Positions 28,150 to 37,995 of a DNA stretch of 64,000 bases are shown piece after piece (position 1 is the stretch's first letter; every line of letters begins with the position of its first letter). Under the pieces are notes generated by a model. That model was not told where the DNA came from and searched no databases. It was given only the letters and a program-made list of their open reading frames with translations. This stretch comes from Pseudomonadota bacterium. Its GTDB lineage: Bacteria; Pseudomonadota; Gammaproteobacteria; Burkholderiales; Burkholderiaceae_C. The position numbers and the translations under genes are program-made. Location of the stretch: assembly GCA_049322875.1 (NCBI GenBank), contig JBMOQM010000056.1, positions 5,997 through 69,996 of the forward strand, written 5' to 3'.

Positions 28150-29484
28150 TCAGTCGCGCCAATCCCGCCGTCGCACACCCGCCAGCCGCAGGTACAGCTT
28201 CGCCACCCAGTTCAGCGCCCCTCGCATCCAGCGTGTCGATCGAGGCTGCGTCACATCGCTCGCCCGTGGCACCTCCGCGCTGTCGGCAAAGTCGCGCGCC
28301 AGCGCGGCGCCCAGCGTCTTGGCGAAACCCCGGTCACGCACGATCAGGTTGCCTTCCAGGTTGACCAGCATCGACAGCGGATCCAGGTTGGAAGACCCCA
28401 CCGTGGCCCACTCGTCGTCCACGCACAGCACCTTGGCATGCAGCCATGAGGGCTGGTATTCGAAGATGCACACGCCATGGGCCTGTAGCTCGTCGTACAG
28501 GGCGCGCGCGGCGATGGCGGCGATCTTGTAATCCACCTTGCCCTGCAGCAGCAGCCGCACACGCACGCCCCGATCGGCGGCATGCTTGAGCGCGCGGCGC
28601 AGCGCCCGGCCCGGGTAGAAGTAGGGCGTCACGATGTCCACGTTTGAGCGCGCCTGCTGGATGGCCTGCAGCGAAGCCCGCTCGATGGTGCGGCGCTGGC
28701 GCAGGTTGTCGCGCAGCACGAAGGCGGCCCGCATCGGCAGGCGGATGCCCGCGCTGGCACTGATCTGGCCTTGCTCTACCGGTGGCAGGCGCAGGCGAGC
28801 CTGTTGCCACACCTGTCGCAGCCGCTTCATGCGGCCGGGCACCTTCATCCACTCGATCAGGTCATCGCGCCAGTCGCGGCCCAGTGTGGCGCGTGTCCAC
28901 ATGGCCCGGATGGTGTGCTGCACGGGCAGGGCGGTGGGGCCCTGCACCTGCACGGCGTAGTCCAGGCGTGGCTGGCTGGTCCAGCCGTGTACCAGGTCAT
29001 GGCGGTCGTCGATCAGGTTGATGCCGCCCACGAAGCCCAAGTCCTCGTCGACCACGCACAGCTTGAGGTGCATGCGCCGCCAGTTGCGGCTGTTGAGCGC
29101 CGACAGCAGCCCGGCCACCGGGCGGTAGATGGCCAGCTGGATGCCCTGGTTGCGCAGGCTTTGCCAGAAGGCCTCGGGCACCTCGCGCGAGCCCACGCCG
29201 TCCATCACCACCTGCACGGCCACACCTCGGCGCACTGCGCGCGCCAGCGCTTCAAACACCAGATCGGCCTGACCACCGGTGCCCGTCAGGTAGTTGGCCA
29301 GCCAGACACTCTCTTGCGCGGCGTCGATGGCCTGCACCATCGCGGGGAACAGCTCGTCGCCGCCACGCAGCAAGGCCACGCGGTTGCCGCCGGTGAACAC
29401 CGGCCTGCGCTGGGCGTACCAGGCCAGCGAGAGGGACTGCGTGGCACCGTCGCCGAAGCTCAGATGCCTTGGGGGGGCTTGCAT
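28150..29484 (-). CDS. clsB: Cardiolipin synthase B (PLD superfamily)
   Basis: Two HKD motifs (MHLKLCVVD, LHAKVLCVD..VGSSNLD); ATG at 29484 overlaps the upstream stop. Confidence 0.88.
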   Translation of the reverse strand: MQAPPRHLSFGDGATQSLSLAWYAQRRPVFTGGNRVALLRGGDELFPAMVQAIDAAQESVWLANYLTGTGGQADLVFEALARAVRRGVAVQVVMDGVGSREVPEAFWQSLRNQGIQLAIYRPVAGLLSALNSRNWRRMHLKLCVVDEDLGFVGGINLIDDRHDLVHGWTSQPRLDYAVQVQGPTALPVQHTIRAMWTRATLGRDWRDDLIEWMKVPGRMKRLRQVWQQARLRLPPVEQGQISASAGIRLPMRAAFVLRDNLRQRRTIERASLQAIQQARSNVDIVTPYFYPGRALRRALKHAADRGVRVRLLLQGKVDYKIAAIAARALYDELQAHGVCIFEYQPSWLHAKVLCVDDEWATVGSSNLDPLSMLVNLEGNLIVRDRGFAKTLGAALARDFADSAEVPRASDVTQPRSTRWMRGALNWVAKLYLRLAGVRRRDWRD

Positions 29485-30299
29485 CACGCCAGCTCGAACT
29501 CCGCTACCAGGGGCAGGTGGTCCGACAGCCGGGCCCAGGCCGTGCCGCGCGGCACCAGGATCGATTGGCACTGCAGCCCGCGCGTGTAGACGCGGTCCAG
29601 TGCCAGCACCGGCACGCGGGAGGGGTAGGTGGGCACGCGCTCGGCCATCAGCGTGCGCGCGCGCGTCAGGCCTGCATCGATCAGGATGTGGTCCAGCGCC
29701 TCGTTCCAGTCGTTGAAATCGCCGGCGACCACGATGGGGGCGTCGGGCGGCAGGTGCTCGGCCACCAGCTTGGCCACGCGTGTGGTCTGGCGCACGCGGC
29801 TGGAATGGATCAGGCCCAGGTGCACCACGACCACGTGCACCTCGATGCCGTTCCACTGCACCGGCACATGCAGCAGGCCGCGCTGCTCGAAGCGGTGGTC
29901 GGACACATCATGGTGGCCGATGCTGCCGAGGGGCCAGCGCGAGAGCAGGGCGTTGCCATGCTCGCCGTGCTTGGTGGTGGCGTTGGTGCGGTAGGCCACG
30001 TCGTAGCCTTCGGGCGCCAGGTAGTCGGCCTGGGGCTTGTCGGGCCAGCAGCCATGCCCGAACTGCGTCACGGAGAACTTGCGCGCCTCCTGGTGGTTGA
30101 AGCTGCGCACCTCCTGCAGGCAGACGATGTCGGCGTCCAGCGCCTCCACGGCCAGGCCCAGGTTGTGGATCTCCAGGCGTTTGGTGGGCCCCATGCCGCG
30201 CACACCCTTGTGGATGTTGTAGGTGGCCACCCGCAGCCCCTTGGCGGACAGGGTGGTGGCCGCCGGCGGCAGCAGGGTCGATTGAAACGGGTTCAGCAC
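29484..30299 (-). CDS. Endonuclease/exonuclease/phosphatase family protein (YbhP-like)
   Basis: ATYNIHKG, LQEV, GNALLSR, HLGL, GDFNDW, LDRVY, SDHLP. Confidence 0.9.
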   Translation of the reverse strand: MLNPFQSTLLPPAATTLSAKGLRVATYNIHKGVRGMGPTKRLEIHNLGLAVEALDADIVCLQEVRSFNHQEARKFSVTQFGHGCWPDKPQADYLAPEGYDVAYRTNATTKHGEHGNALLSRWPLGSIGHHDVSDHRFEQRGLLHVPVQWNGIEVHVVVVHLGLIHSSRVRQTTRVAKLVAEHLPPDAPIVVAGDFNDWNEALDHILIDAGLTRARTLMAERVPTYPSRVPVLALDRVYTRGLQCQSILVPRGTAWARLSDHLPLVAEFELA

Positions 30300-30406
30300 G
30301 TCGGTGTCTCGGTGGTCATGCTGATCGCTACCTTAGCGCGTTTGGGATCTCCCCTGTGGCGCGTCAACCCGTGGAACGTGGCCCATTATTGGCCTTCATC
30401 GGGGTG

Positions 30407-30898
30407 TCATTGGCTACCGATTGTCGGCAACTGCAGGATCGCCTCGGCGTTGGAGGGCGAGAAGCAGCGGTCGGCCGCCTCGCGCAATGGCAGCCAGGCA
30501 TAGGCCGTGTGCTCGCGCGGGGCCAGCGTGACGGGCGTACCCGCCGGCACGCACAACCCGAAGACCCGTTCGAGGTTGTGGGTGACGCCCGGCGCGTAGC
30601 GGTAGCGCCACACGGGGTAGATCTCGTAGACGTTCTCGATGGCCCAGTCGGTGAGCGCCGTTTCAGGGATGCCCGGGCTGCCCACCACGATGCCGGTTTC
30701 CTCGTGCACTTCGCGGATGGCGGTGTTGCGCCAATCCTCGTCTTGCGTGTCCTTCGAGCCGGTCACGCTCTGCCAGAAACCGGGCTGTTTGGCGCGCTCG
30801 ATCAGCAGCACGTCCAGTGCGGGTGTGTGGATCACGACCAGCACGGATTGCGGGATCTTGTGGGGCGGGGCGGTGGACACTGTCTGGGGCGTCGTCAT
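30407..30898 (-). CDS. nudB: Dihydroneopterin triphosphate diphosphatase (Nudix)
   Basis: KIPQSVLVVIH, WQSVTGS, AIREVHEETG, WRYRYAPGVTHN.E, EHTAY.W; sits next to aspS. Confidence 0.9.
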   Translation of the reverse strand: MTTPQTVSTAPPHKIPQSVLVVIHTPALDVLLIERAKQPGFWQSVTGSKDTQDEDWRNTAIREVHEETGIVVGSPGIPETALTDWAIENVYEIYPVWRYRYAPGVTHNLERVFGLCVPAGTPVTLAPREHTAYAWLPLREAADRCFSPSNAEAILQLPTIGSQ

Positions 30899-30938
30899 GG
30901 AATCAAGAGTGTCGCATGGGCGAAAACACGCGCCCACA

Positions 30939-30968
30939 AACAAAAACCGCCCCCAGGGGAGCGGTTTT
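30939..30968 (-). terminator. Intrinsic terminator after aspS
   Basis: Minus strand AAAACCGCTCCCCTGGGGGCGGTTTTTGTT. Confidence 0.7.
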
Positions 30969-31011
30969 CAGAAGGCAGCCCCGCAGGGGCCACGCAGGCA
31001 TCACACAGGTG

Positions 31012-32817
31012 TCAGGCCTGTGTGTTGCCCGCCGCCACCTGTGCATTGCGCAGGCGAATGTGCAGCTCGCGCAACTGCTTTTCGTCCACGTTCGACGGGG
31101 CGCCGGTCAGCAGGCACTGGGCGCGCTGCGTCTTCGGGAAGGCGATCACGTCGCGGATGGACTCGGCCTTGGTCATCAGCGTCACCAGGCGGTCCAGACC
31201 GAAGGCCAGGCCACCGTGCGGGGGCGCGCCGTATTGCAGCGCGTCCAGCAGGAAGCCGAACTTCACCTTGGCATCTTCGGCGCTGATGTTCAGGGCCGTG
31301 AAGACCTTGCTCTGCACCTCGGCGCGGTGGATACGGATCGAGCCGCCACCCAGTTCCCAGCCGTTGAGCACCATGTCGTAGGCCTTGGCAATGCACTTGC
31401 CCGGGTCCGTGTCCATGTAGTCCTCGTGACCGTCCTTCGGGGCAGTGAACGGGTGGTGCACGGCGTTCCAGCGGTCGGCTTCGTCGTCGTACTCGAACAT
31501 CGGGAAGTCGACCACCCACAGCGGGGCCCAGCGGTCTTCGAACAGGCCGCTCTTCTTGCCGAAATCGCTGTGGCCGACCTTCAGGCGCAGCGCGCCGATC
31601 GCGTCGTTGACGACCTTTTCCTTGTCGGCACCGAAGAAGATCAGGTCGCCATCCTTGGCGCCTGTGCGCTTGAGGATCTCGGCAATCGCTGCGTCATGCA
31701 GGTTCTTGACGATGGGCGATTGCAGGCCGTCACGGCCCTTGGCCACTTCGTTGACCTTGATCCAGGCCAGGCCCTTGGCACCATAGATCTTGACGAACTC
31801 GGTGTAGGCATCGATCTCGCCGCGCGACATCGAACCGCCGCCGGGCACATTCAGGGCCACCACGCGGCCGCCCTTGGTCGTGGCGGGGGTGGAAAACACC
31901 TTGAAATCGACGTCGGCCATCACCTCGGTCAGCTCGGTGAACTGCAGCTTCACGCGCAGGTCGGGCTTGTCCGAGCCGTACAGGAACATGGCATCGGCGT
32001 ACGTCATGACCGGGTACACACCCAGGTCCACGTTCAGCGCCTTCATGAACACGTGGCGGATCATCCCTTCGAACATGTCGCGGATTTCCTGCTCGGTCAG
32101 GAAGCTCGTTTCAATATCGATCTGGGTGAATTCGGGCTGGCGGTCGGCGCGCAGGTCCTCGTCACGGAAGCACTTGGTGATCTGGTAGTAGCGGTCGAAG
32201 CCGGCCACCATCAGCAGCTGCTTGAACAGCTGGGGCGACTGGGGCAGCGCGAAGAACTGGCCGTCGTGCACACGCGAAGGCACCAGGTAGTCGCGCGCGC
32301 CTTCGGGCGTGCTCTTGGTCAGCATCGGGGTTTCGATGTCGACGAAGCCGTGCTCGTCCAGGAACTTGCGAGCTTCCATGGCCACGCGGTAGCGCAGCAT
32401 CAGGTTGCGCTGCATGTAGGGGCGGCGCAGGTCCAGCACGCGGTGCGTCAGGCGCGTGGTTTCCGACAGGTTCTCGTCGTCGAGCGGGAAGGGCGGCGTC
32501 ACGGAGGCGTTGAGCACCTCCAGCGTGTGCGCCAGCACTTCGATCTTGCCGCTGGTCAGGGCGGCGTTCTCGGTGCCGGCCGGGCGGGCGCGCACCACGC
32601 CGGTGATCTTCACGCAGAACTCGTTGCGCACGTCTTCGGCGGTCTTGAAGGTGTCGGCACGGTCGGGGTCGAACACCACCTGCACCAGGCCTTCGCGGTC
32701 ACGCAGGTCGATGAAGATCACGCCGCCGTGGTCGCGGCGACGGTGGGCCCAGCCCATCAGCGTCACGGTCTGGCCCATCAGCGCTTCGCTGACCAGACCA
32801 CAGTAAGTGGTGCGCAT
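31012..32817 (-). CDS. aspS: Aspartate--tRNA ligase
   Basis: [79 protein letters not shown]. Confidence 0.98.
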   Translation of the reverse strand: MRTTYCGLVSEALMGQTVTLMGWAHRRRDHGGVIFIDLRDREGLVQVVFDPDRADTFKTAEDVRNEFCVKITGVVRARPAGTENAALTSGKIEVLAHTLEVLNASVTPPFPLDDENLSETTRLTHRVLDLRRPYMQRNLMLRYRVAMEARKFLDEHGFVDIETPMLTKSTPEGARDYLVPSRVHDGQFFALPQSPQLFKQLLMVAGFDRYYQITKCFRDEDLRADRQPEFTQIDIETSFLTEQEIRDMFEGMIRHVFMKALNVDLGVYPVMTYADAMFLYGSDKPDLRVKLQFTELTEVMADVDFKVFSTPATTKGGRVVALNVPGGGSMSRGEIDAYTEFVKIYGAKGLAWIKVNEVAKGRDGLQSPIVKNLHDAAIAEILKRTGAKDGDLIFFGADKEKVVNDAIGALRLKVGHSDFGKKSGLFEDRWAPLWVVDFPMFEYDDEADRWNAVHHPFTAPKDGHEDYMDTDPGKCIAKAYDMVLNGWELGGGSIRIHRAEVQSKVFTALNISAEDAKVKFGFLLDALQYGAPPHGGLAFGLDRLVTLMTKAESIRDVIAFPKTQRAQCLLTGAPSNVDEKQLRELHIRLRNAQVAAGNTQA

Positions 32818-32913
32818 TGTTGTTCTCTCCAGAGGGAGGGGAATTTAAGAAGAATCAGGCGGCCAGGCGCGGCAACTGAACACGCCGCCTGGCTCGGAAC
32901 CCTCGATTGTCCG

Positions 32914-33558
32914 TCAGGAATGGGCCTTTGGCGCGGAGGGCGGCGACACGACCCCCATCGAGATCACATATTTCAGGGCCTCGTCCACCGACATGGACAG
33001 CTCCACCACCTCGGCACGCGGCACGATCAGCATGAAGCCGGAGGTCGGGTTGGGGGTGGTGGGCACGTACACCGTCAGCATGTCGCCGGGCAGGTGCTCG
33101 GCCACCTCGCCGCCGGGCTTGCCGGTCACGAAGGCGATCGTCCAGGCCCCCTGGCGCGGGTACTGCACCAATACCGCATGGCGGAAAGCCTGGCCGCTGG
33201 ACGAGAACAGCGTGTCCGAGACCTGCTTGACCGAGTTGTAGATGCTCTTGACGATCGGGATGTTGGAGAACACCCGGTTGGACTGCGTCACCAGCCACTG
33301 GCCGGCGATGTTGGTCACGGCCAAGCCCGTCAGCAGCAGGGCCAGCACCATCACGATCACGCTCAGGCCCTGGATCTCGCGCAGCTTGGTCAGGGCCGGC
33401 GCCAGGCTGGCGGGCAGCACGGTCTGGGCGGCCACGATCAGCCAGGCGAAGATGCCGTCGAGCAGGCCGACCACGCTGGTCAGCACCCACACGGTGACGG
33501 CCAGCGGCAGCCACACCAGCAGGCCGGTGAGGATGTATCTGCGGAAAGCGGCGGACAT
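32914..33558 (-). CDS. DUF502 family membrane protein
   Basis: YILTGLL..LPL.VT, IPIVKSIY..VKQVSDT, VYVPTTPNPTSGF, EALKYVISMG. Confidence 0.88.
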   Translation of the reverse strand: MSAAFRRYILTGLLVWLPLAVTVWVLTSVVGLLDGIFAWLIVAAQTVLPASLAPALTKLREIQGLSVIVMVLALLLTGLAVTNIAGQWLVTQSNRVFSNIPIVKSIYNSVKQVSDTLFSSSGQAFRHAVLVQYPRQGAWTIAFVTGKPGGEVAEHLPGDMLTVYVPTTPNPTSGFMLIVPRAEVVELSMSVDEALKYVISMGVVSPPSAPKAHS

Positions 33559-33932
33559 CAATGACAGGCGCAGGAGCCGGCGCAACCGGCGGCGCCCGAC
33601 GAACCGCCGGAATCCGAAGATGAAGAGGATGACGACGCGGAGGTGGACGACGAGCCGGTGTCGCTGCCACCGGACGAGGCGGCAGCCTCACCCGAGGTGG
33701 ACGCCGCTGCGGCGCCACCCGTGGCGGCCGCGCTTGCGCCGCCGCCCGAGCCACCCCGGAAATCGGTCACGTACCAGCCCGAGCCCTTGAGCTGGAAGCC
33801 CGCGGCGGTCAGTTGTTTCTTGAAGCTCTCCGCACCGCAGCTAGGGCAGGTGGTGAGCACGGGATCGGACATCTTCTGCAAGACATCCTTGGCATGACCG
33901 CAGGTTTCACAGCGGTAGGCGTAGATCGGCAT
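33558..33932 (-). CDS. FmdB-family zinc-ribbon protein
   Basis: MPIYAYRCETCG..CPSCG..GFQLKGSGWYVTDF, then a Ser/Gly/Ala-rich tail. Confidence 0.9.
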   Translation of the reverse strand: MPIYAYRCETCGHAKDVLQKMSDPVLTTCPSCGAESFKKQLTAAGFQLKGSGWYVTDFRGGSGGGASAAATGGAAAASTSGEAAASSGGSDTGSSSTSASSSSSSSDSGGSSGAAGCAGSCACH

Positions 33933-34082
33933 GGGTACCCTCGGGTTTTCCCGTCATTTCGGCAAAGACGCCATTCTAATTGGGGGCATCGCCCGGCCAA
34001 CTCAAGAGATGAACGGCCGGCGCCCCCTCAGGCGCGGGAAAACCGTGCGAAAGGCGCAGGCCCAGGGGCTGCGCGCGCCTGT

Positions 34083-35555
34083 TCAGGCCTTGGCGGCCGA
34101 GCCGCCGGCCAGCACCGTGTCGCGGTGCTTGTGGTGGTGATCGCCGATCAGCTGCGGGCCCAGCGAGCCGGCCACCATGCCGACGATCGCCGTCAGCAGC
34201 CCGGCCAACTGGCCCGGAAAGGCCTCGCCCCAGGGGGTGTGGAAGGTGAAGGCGGCCAGGGTGCCGATGCCCAGCAGGATGGACAGCACCGCGCCCTGGG
34301 TGGTGGCGCGCTTCCAGTACAGGCCGGCTACCAGGGGCACGAAGGCGCCCACCAGCGGCACCTGGTAGGCGGCCGACACCATCTCGTAGATCGAGGTGCC
34401 CTGCATCTGGATGGAGTAGCCCAGCACCAGGGCCGTGAACACGAAGATGGTGATGCGCAGCGACAGCAGCACTTGGCGATCAGTCATGCCCGGCTTGATG
34501 TTGCGCAGGATGTTCTCGACGAAGCTTGTCGACGGGGCCAGCAGCGTGGCCGACGAGGTGGATTTGATGGCCGACACCAGCGCGCCGAAGAAGATCTGCG
34601 CGATGAAGGGCATGTGCGTCAGGATCAGCGTGGGCAGCACCTTCTGGGCATCGTTGGCCAGCAGGTCCTTGGTCTCGGCGGGCATGATGATCAGCGACGA
34701 GGCCACGATGAACATGGGCACGAAGGCGAACAGCAGGTAGCTGAAGCCGCCGATGATGGCGCCTTTGCGGGCCGTGTCGGCATCCTTGGCCGACATCACG
34801 CGCTGGAACACGTCCTGCTGCGGGATCGAGCCGAACATCATCGTGATGCCGGCGGCGATGAACCAGATCCAGCCATTGGCGGTGTGCTCGGGCAGGATCT
34901 TGAACCAGTTCTGCTCGCTGGCCAGGGCCAGCACGTTGCCTGCGCCGCCCGCCTGATCGGCCGCGAGCACGGCGATCAGCGACAGGCCCACCACCAGCAC
35001 GATCATCTGGATGAAGTCCGTCCAGGCCACGGCCAGCATGCCGCCGATCAGCACGTACACCAGCACCAGCACTGTGCCGATCGTCATGCCCCAGGCCGGC
35101 GTGAGTTCGCCCCCCGACAGGATGGTGAAGACCAGGCCCAGCGCGGTGATCTGCGCGGCCACCCAGCCCAGGTAGCTCAGGATGATGGCGATGGAGCAGA
35201 AGATCTCCACACCCTTGCCGAAACGCTCGCGGTAGTAGTCACCGATCGTCAGCAGATTCATCTTGTACAGGCGGGCCGCGAAGAAGGCGCCCACCAGCAC
35301 CAGGCACATCGAGGCGCCGAACGGGTCCTCGATCACGGCGTTCAGGCCGCCTTCCACGAACTTGGCCGGGATGCCCATCACCGTCTCGGCGCCGAACCAG
35401 GTCGCGAAGGTGGTGGTGATCACCATGACCAGCGGCAGGCTGCGGCCGGCCACGGCGAAATCGGCCGTGTTCTTGATGCGGGTGCCGGCATACATGCCGA
35501 CGCCCATCGTCACGAGCAGGTACAGAACCACGAAGGCGAGCAGGGTGGTGTTCAT
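34083..35555 (-). CDS. Sodium:solute symporter family transporter
   Basis: About 13 hydrophobic segments; DFAVAGRSL, ATWFGAETVMG, AWTDFIQM, QDVFQRV.SAK. Confidence 0.9.
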   Translation of the reverse strand: MNTTLLAFVVLYLLVTMGVGMYAGTRIKNTADFAVAGRSLPLVMVITTTFATWFGAETVMGIPAKFVEGGLNAVIEDPFGASMCLVLVGAFFAARLYKMNLLTIGDYYRERFGKGVEIFCSIAIILSYLGWVAAQITALGLVFTILSGGELTPAWGMTIGTVLVLVYVLIGGMLAVAWTDFIQMIVLVVGLSLIAVLAADQAGGAGNVLALASEQNWFKILPEHTANGWIWFIAAGITMMFGSIPQQDVFQRVMSAKDADTARKGAIIGGFSYLLFAFVPMFIVASSLIIMPAETKDLLANDAQKVLPTLILTHMPFIAQIFFGALVSAIKSTSSATLLAPSTSFVENILRNIKPGMTDRQVLLSLRITIFVFTALVLGYSIQMQGTSIYEMVSAAYQVPLVGAFVPLVAGLYWKRATTQGAVLSILLGIGTLAAFTFHTPWGEAFPGQLAGLLTAIVGMVAGSLGPQLIGDHHHKHRDTVLAGGSAAKA

Positions 35556-35646
35556 CTCAAGGACATCCGGAACAACGAAGGACACAAGGGAAGGCGAACC
35601 GGCGCGCAGTGTATGCGATCCGATACGCCTGCCCGGCGCAGGCGGC

Positions 35647-37221
35647 TCAGAAAATGCCGAGCACGTGCAGGCGCATCAGCACCTGGGCGGACACCAGTCC
35701 GAGCACGAAGCCCAGCGCGACCCACACCACGGCCGACAGCAGCCGGTTCGTCTTGCGCTGCTCACGCAAGATCGCGGCCAGGTCGTGGCGCAGTTCGTCG
35801 TTGCCCGTCTCCAGGCGGTGGTGGATCAGGCGGGGCAGCTCGGGCAGCAGCTTGGCGTAGCGGGGCGCTTCCTTCTTGAGGCGCTGCAGCAGGCCGCGCA
35901 CGCCCACCTGCTCGTGCATCCAGCGCTCCAGGAAGGGCTTGGCCGTGGTCCACAGGTCCAGATCCGGGTCGAGCTGGCGGCCCAGGCCTTCCACGTTGAG
36001 CAGCGTCTTTTGCAGCAGCACCAGTTGGGGCTGCACCTCCACATTGAAGCGGCGCGAGATCTGGAACAGGCGCATCAGCACCTGGCCCAGGGAGATCTCC
36101 TTGAGCGGGCGGTCGAAGTAAGGCTCGCACACGGTGCGCACGGCGCCTTCCAGCTCGTCCACCCGAGTGTCGGGCGGCACCCAGCCGCTTTCGATGTGCA
36201 GTTCCGCCACGCGCTTGTAGTCGCGGTGCAGGAAGGCCATGAAGTTCTGCGCCAGGTAGTCCTTGTCGACCTCGGTGAGCGTGCCGATGATGCCGAAATC
36301 CAGTGCGATGTAGCGCCCGAAGCTCTCGGGGGCCAGGCTCACCTGGATGTTGCCCGGGTGCATGTCGGCATGGAAGAATCCGTCGCGGAACACCTGGGTG
36401 AAGAAGATGGTCACGCCGTCGCGCGCCAGCTTCTTGATGTCGACACCAGCCTCGCGCAGGCGCTGCATGTGGCTGATGGGCACGCCCTTCATGCGCTCCA
36501 TCACCATCACGGTGGTGGTGCAGTAGTCCCAGAACATCTCTGGCACCAGCACCAGATCCAGCCCCTGCATGTTGCGGCGCAACTGGGCGGCGTTGGCGGC
36601 TTCGCGCACCAGGTCCAGCTCGTCGTGCAGGTACTTGTCGAACTCGGCGACCACCTCGCGGGGCTTGAGGCGACGGCCGTCGTCGGACATGCGCTCGACC
36701 CAGCGGGCCAGCTTGCGCATCAGGGCCAGGTCATCGTCGATGACGGACAGCATGCCCGGGCGCAGCACCTTCACCGCCACCTCGCGGCCATCGTGCAGCA
36801 CGGCGAAGTGCACCTGGGCGATGGAGGCGCTGGCCACCGGCGTCGGGTCGAACTCGCGGAACACCTCGGCCAGCGGTCGGCGGAAGGCCTTCTCGACCAG
36901 CCGGATCGATTCTTCGCTGGGAAAGGGGGGCACCCGGTCCTGCAGCTTGGCCAGCTCATCAGCCACATCGGGCGGCAGCAGGTCACGCCGCGTGGACAGC
37001 ATCTGCCCGAACTTGACGAAGATGGGGCCCAGGCGCTCCAGCGCGATGCGCAGGCGCTCGCCACGCGGGGCGTCCAGATTGCGGCCGATGGACAGCACCC
37101 GGCCCAGCAGCGTGAGCACGGGGTGGCGCAGGCTGCCCAGCAGCAGGGTGTCCAGCCCGTAGCGCAGACCGATCAGCCCGATGTAGAGCGGGCGCAGCGA
37201 CGTACGCAGCTTGCGGCGCAT
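35647..37221 (-). CDS. ubiB: Ubiquinone biosynthesis protein kinase-like UbiB
   Basis: [65 protein letters not shown]. Confidence 0.96.
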   Translation of the reverse strand: MRRKLRTSLRPLYIGLIGLRYGLDTLLLGSLRHPVLTLLGRVLSIGRNLDAPRGERLRIALERLGPIFVKFGQMLSTRRDLLPPDVADELAKLQDRVPPFPSEESIRLVEKAFRRPLAEVFREFDPTPVASASIAQVHFAVLHDGREVAVKVLRPGMLSVIDDDLALMRKLARWVERMSDDGRRLKPREVVAEFDKYLHDELDLVREAANAAQLRRNMQGLDLVLVPEMFWDYCTTTVMVMERMKGVPISHMQRLREAGVDIKKLARDGVTIFFTQVFRDGFFHADMHPGNIQVSLAPESFGRYIALDFGIIGTLTEVDKDYLAQNFMAFLHRDYKRVAELHIESGWVPPDTRVDELEGAVRTVCEPYFDRPLKEISLGQVLMRLFQISRRFNVEVQPQLVLLQKTLLNVEGLGRQLDPDLDLWTTAKPFLERWMHEQVGVRGLLQRLKKEAPRYAKLLPELPRLIHHRLETGNDELRHDLAAILREQRKTNRLLSAVVWVALGFVLGLVSAQVLMRLHVLGIF

Positions 37222-37232
37222 GCGGGGCCCGG

Positions 37233-37796
37233 TCAGTGGCCCGAGCCGCGAGGGGCGTCGGCGGCGCTGCCGGGGCGCAGGCGGCCGAGGGCCTGCTTCA
37301 CGCCATCGGCCACCGTCTTGAGCAGTTGGGTGGGGGCCACGCCCAGCCAGCGGGCCAGGTCGTCCTCGATGTCCCAGCGCAGGTTCTTCATCAGCCAGGA
37401 CACGGCCTCGGCCAGGGCGGCATCACCTTCGATGGTGACGGGCGGGCGCTCGCGCTTGAAGGCCAGGCGCACGGCCTGCAGCGGATCGGGCAGGTCCACT
37501 GTGACGCTCAGGCCACCGCTGGGCGGTACCGGGGTGTCGGCAGCAATGCTCGGTTCAGCCCACTCCAGCAGGCCGGCGGGGGTGATCAGCAGGCCCACGT
37601 GGCGGGGCAGCGGCTCGGCCAGCTTGGTGGCCCAGGCGGCACTGTCCGGCAGGCGCAGGTGCAGGTCGATGCGGCGCCCGGCGTGGGGCTTGAGCTTGTG
37701 CACCGCGGCAGGTTCGCTGGCGATGACATGGTTGGCCAGCAGCACCAGACGGGCCGTGGCGGCGTTGCTCAGGGTTTGAAGCAGGGGAGGCAGCAT
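37233..37796 (-). CDS. UbiJ-like (divergent SCP2) ubiquinone accessory factor
   Basis: [36 protein letters not shown]; immediately upstream of ubiB. Confidence 0.7.
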   Translation of the reverse strand: MLPPLLQTLSNAATARLVLLANHVIASEPAAVHKLKPHAGRRIDLHLRLPDSAAWATKLAEPLPRHVGLLITPAGLLEWAEPSIAADTPVPPSGGLSVTVDLPDPLQAVRLAFKRERPPVTIEGDAALAEAVSWLMKNLRWDIEDDLARWLGVAPTQLLKTVADGVKQALGRLRPGSAADAPRGSGH

Positions 37797-37858
37797 GGGC
37801 CCATTGTAGGTGCCGCCATACCCCTTGCTTGGGGGTGCGGACAAGGCCGTGTCGGCAG

Positions 37859-37875
37859 GCGGCACAAGATATGCT
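37859..37875 (+). promoter_or_regulatory. Candidate sigma54 (-24/-12) promoter for wcaJ/EPS genes
   Basis: GCGGCACAAGATATGCT: GG-N10-GC with GGCAC and TGCT context. Confidence 0.5.
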
Positions 37876-37995
37876 GCGGCGCAACAGACTGATTTGTAGC
37901 AGGGTGAATCATGTCTCTTCTGTCATTTTTTTTGATCCACAATCGCCCATTCAGATCTTACGGCTGGCAGAGCCGGGGGGCAGCCAGCGGTTCTC

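Noticed and set aside
28150-29856. 568-aa version of ClsB
   Set aside because: The extra 124 codons overlap the ybhP-like gene; the real start at 29484 forms a TGATG overlap.
30817-33564. 915-aa plus-strand ORF; similar long antisense ORFs at 18252-20756, 33813-35879, 35263-37779 and 45864-47996
   Set aside because: Mirror frames of aspS/DUF502, btuB, the SSS gene, ubiB and the ATPase; stop-poor because of codon bias.
33590-33750. Low-complexity GAC/GAT/GAG run on the plus strand
   Set aside because: Antisense of the Ser/Gly-rich tail of the FmdB-like protein.
34045-34080. GGAAAACC-GTGC-GAAA-GGCGCAGG, resembling P2 of a c-di-GMP-I (GEMM) riboswitch
   Set aside because: The following GACGCAAAGCC-type element is missing, and it lies on the plus strand with no downstream plus-strand gene.
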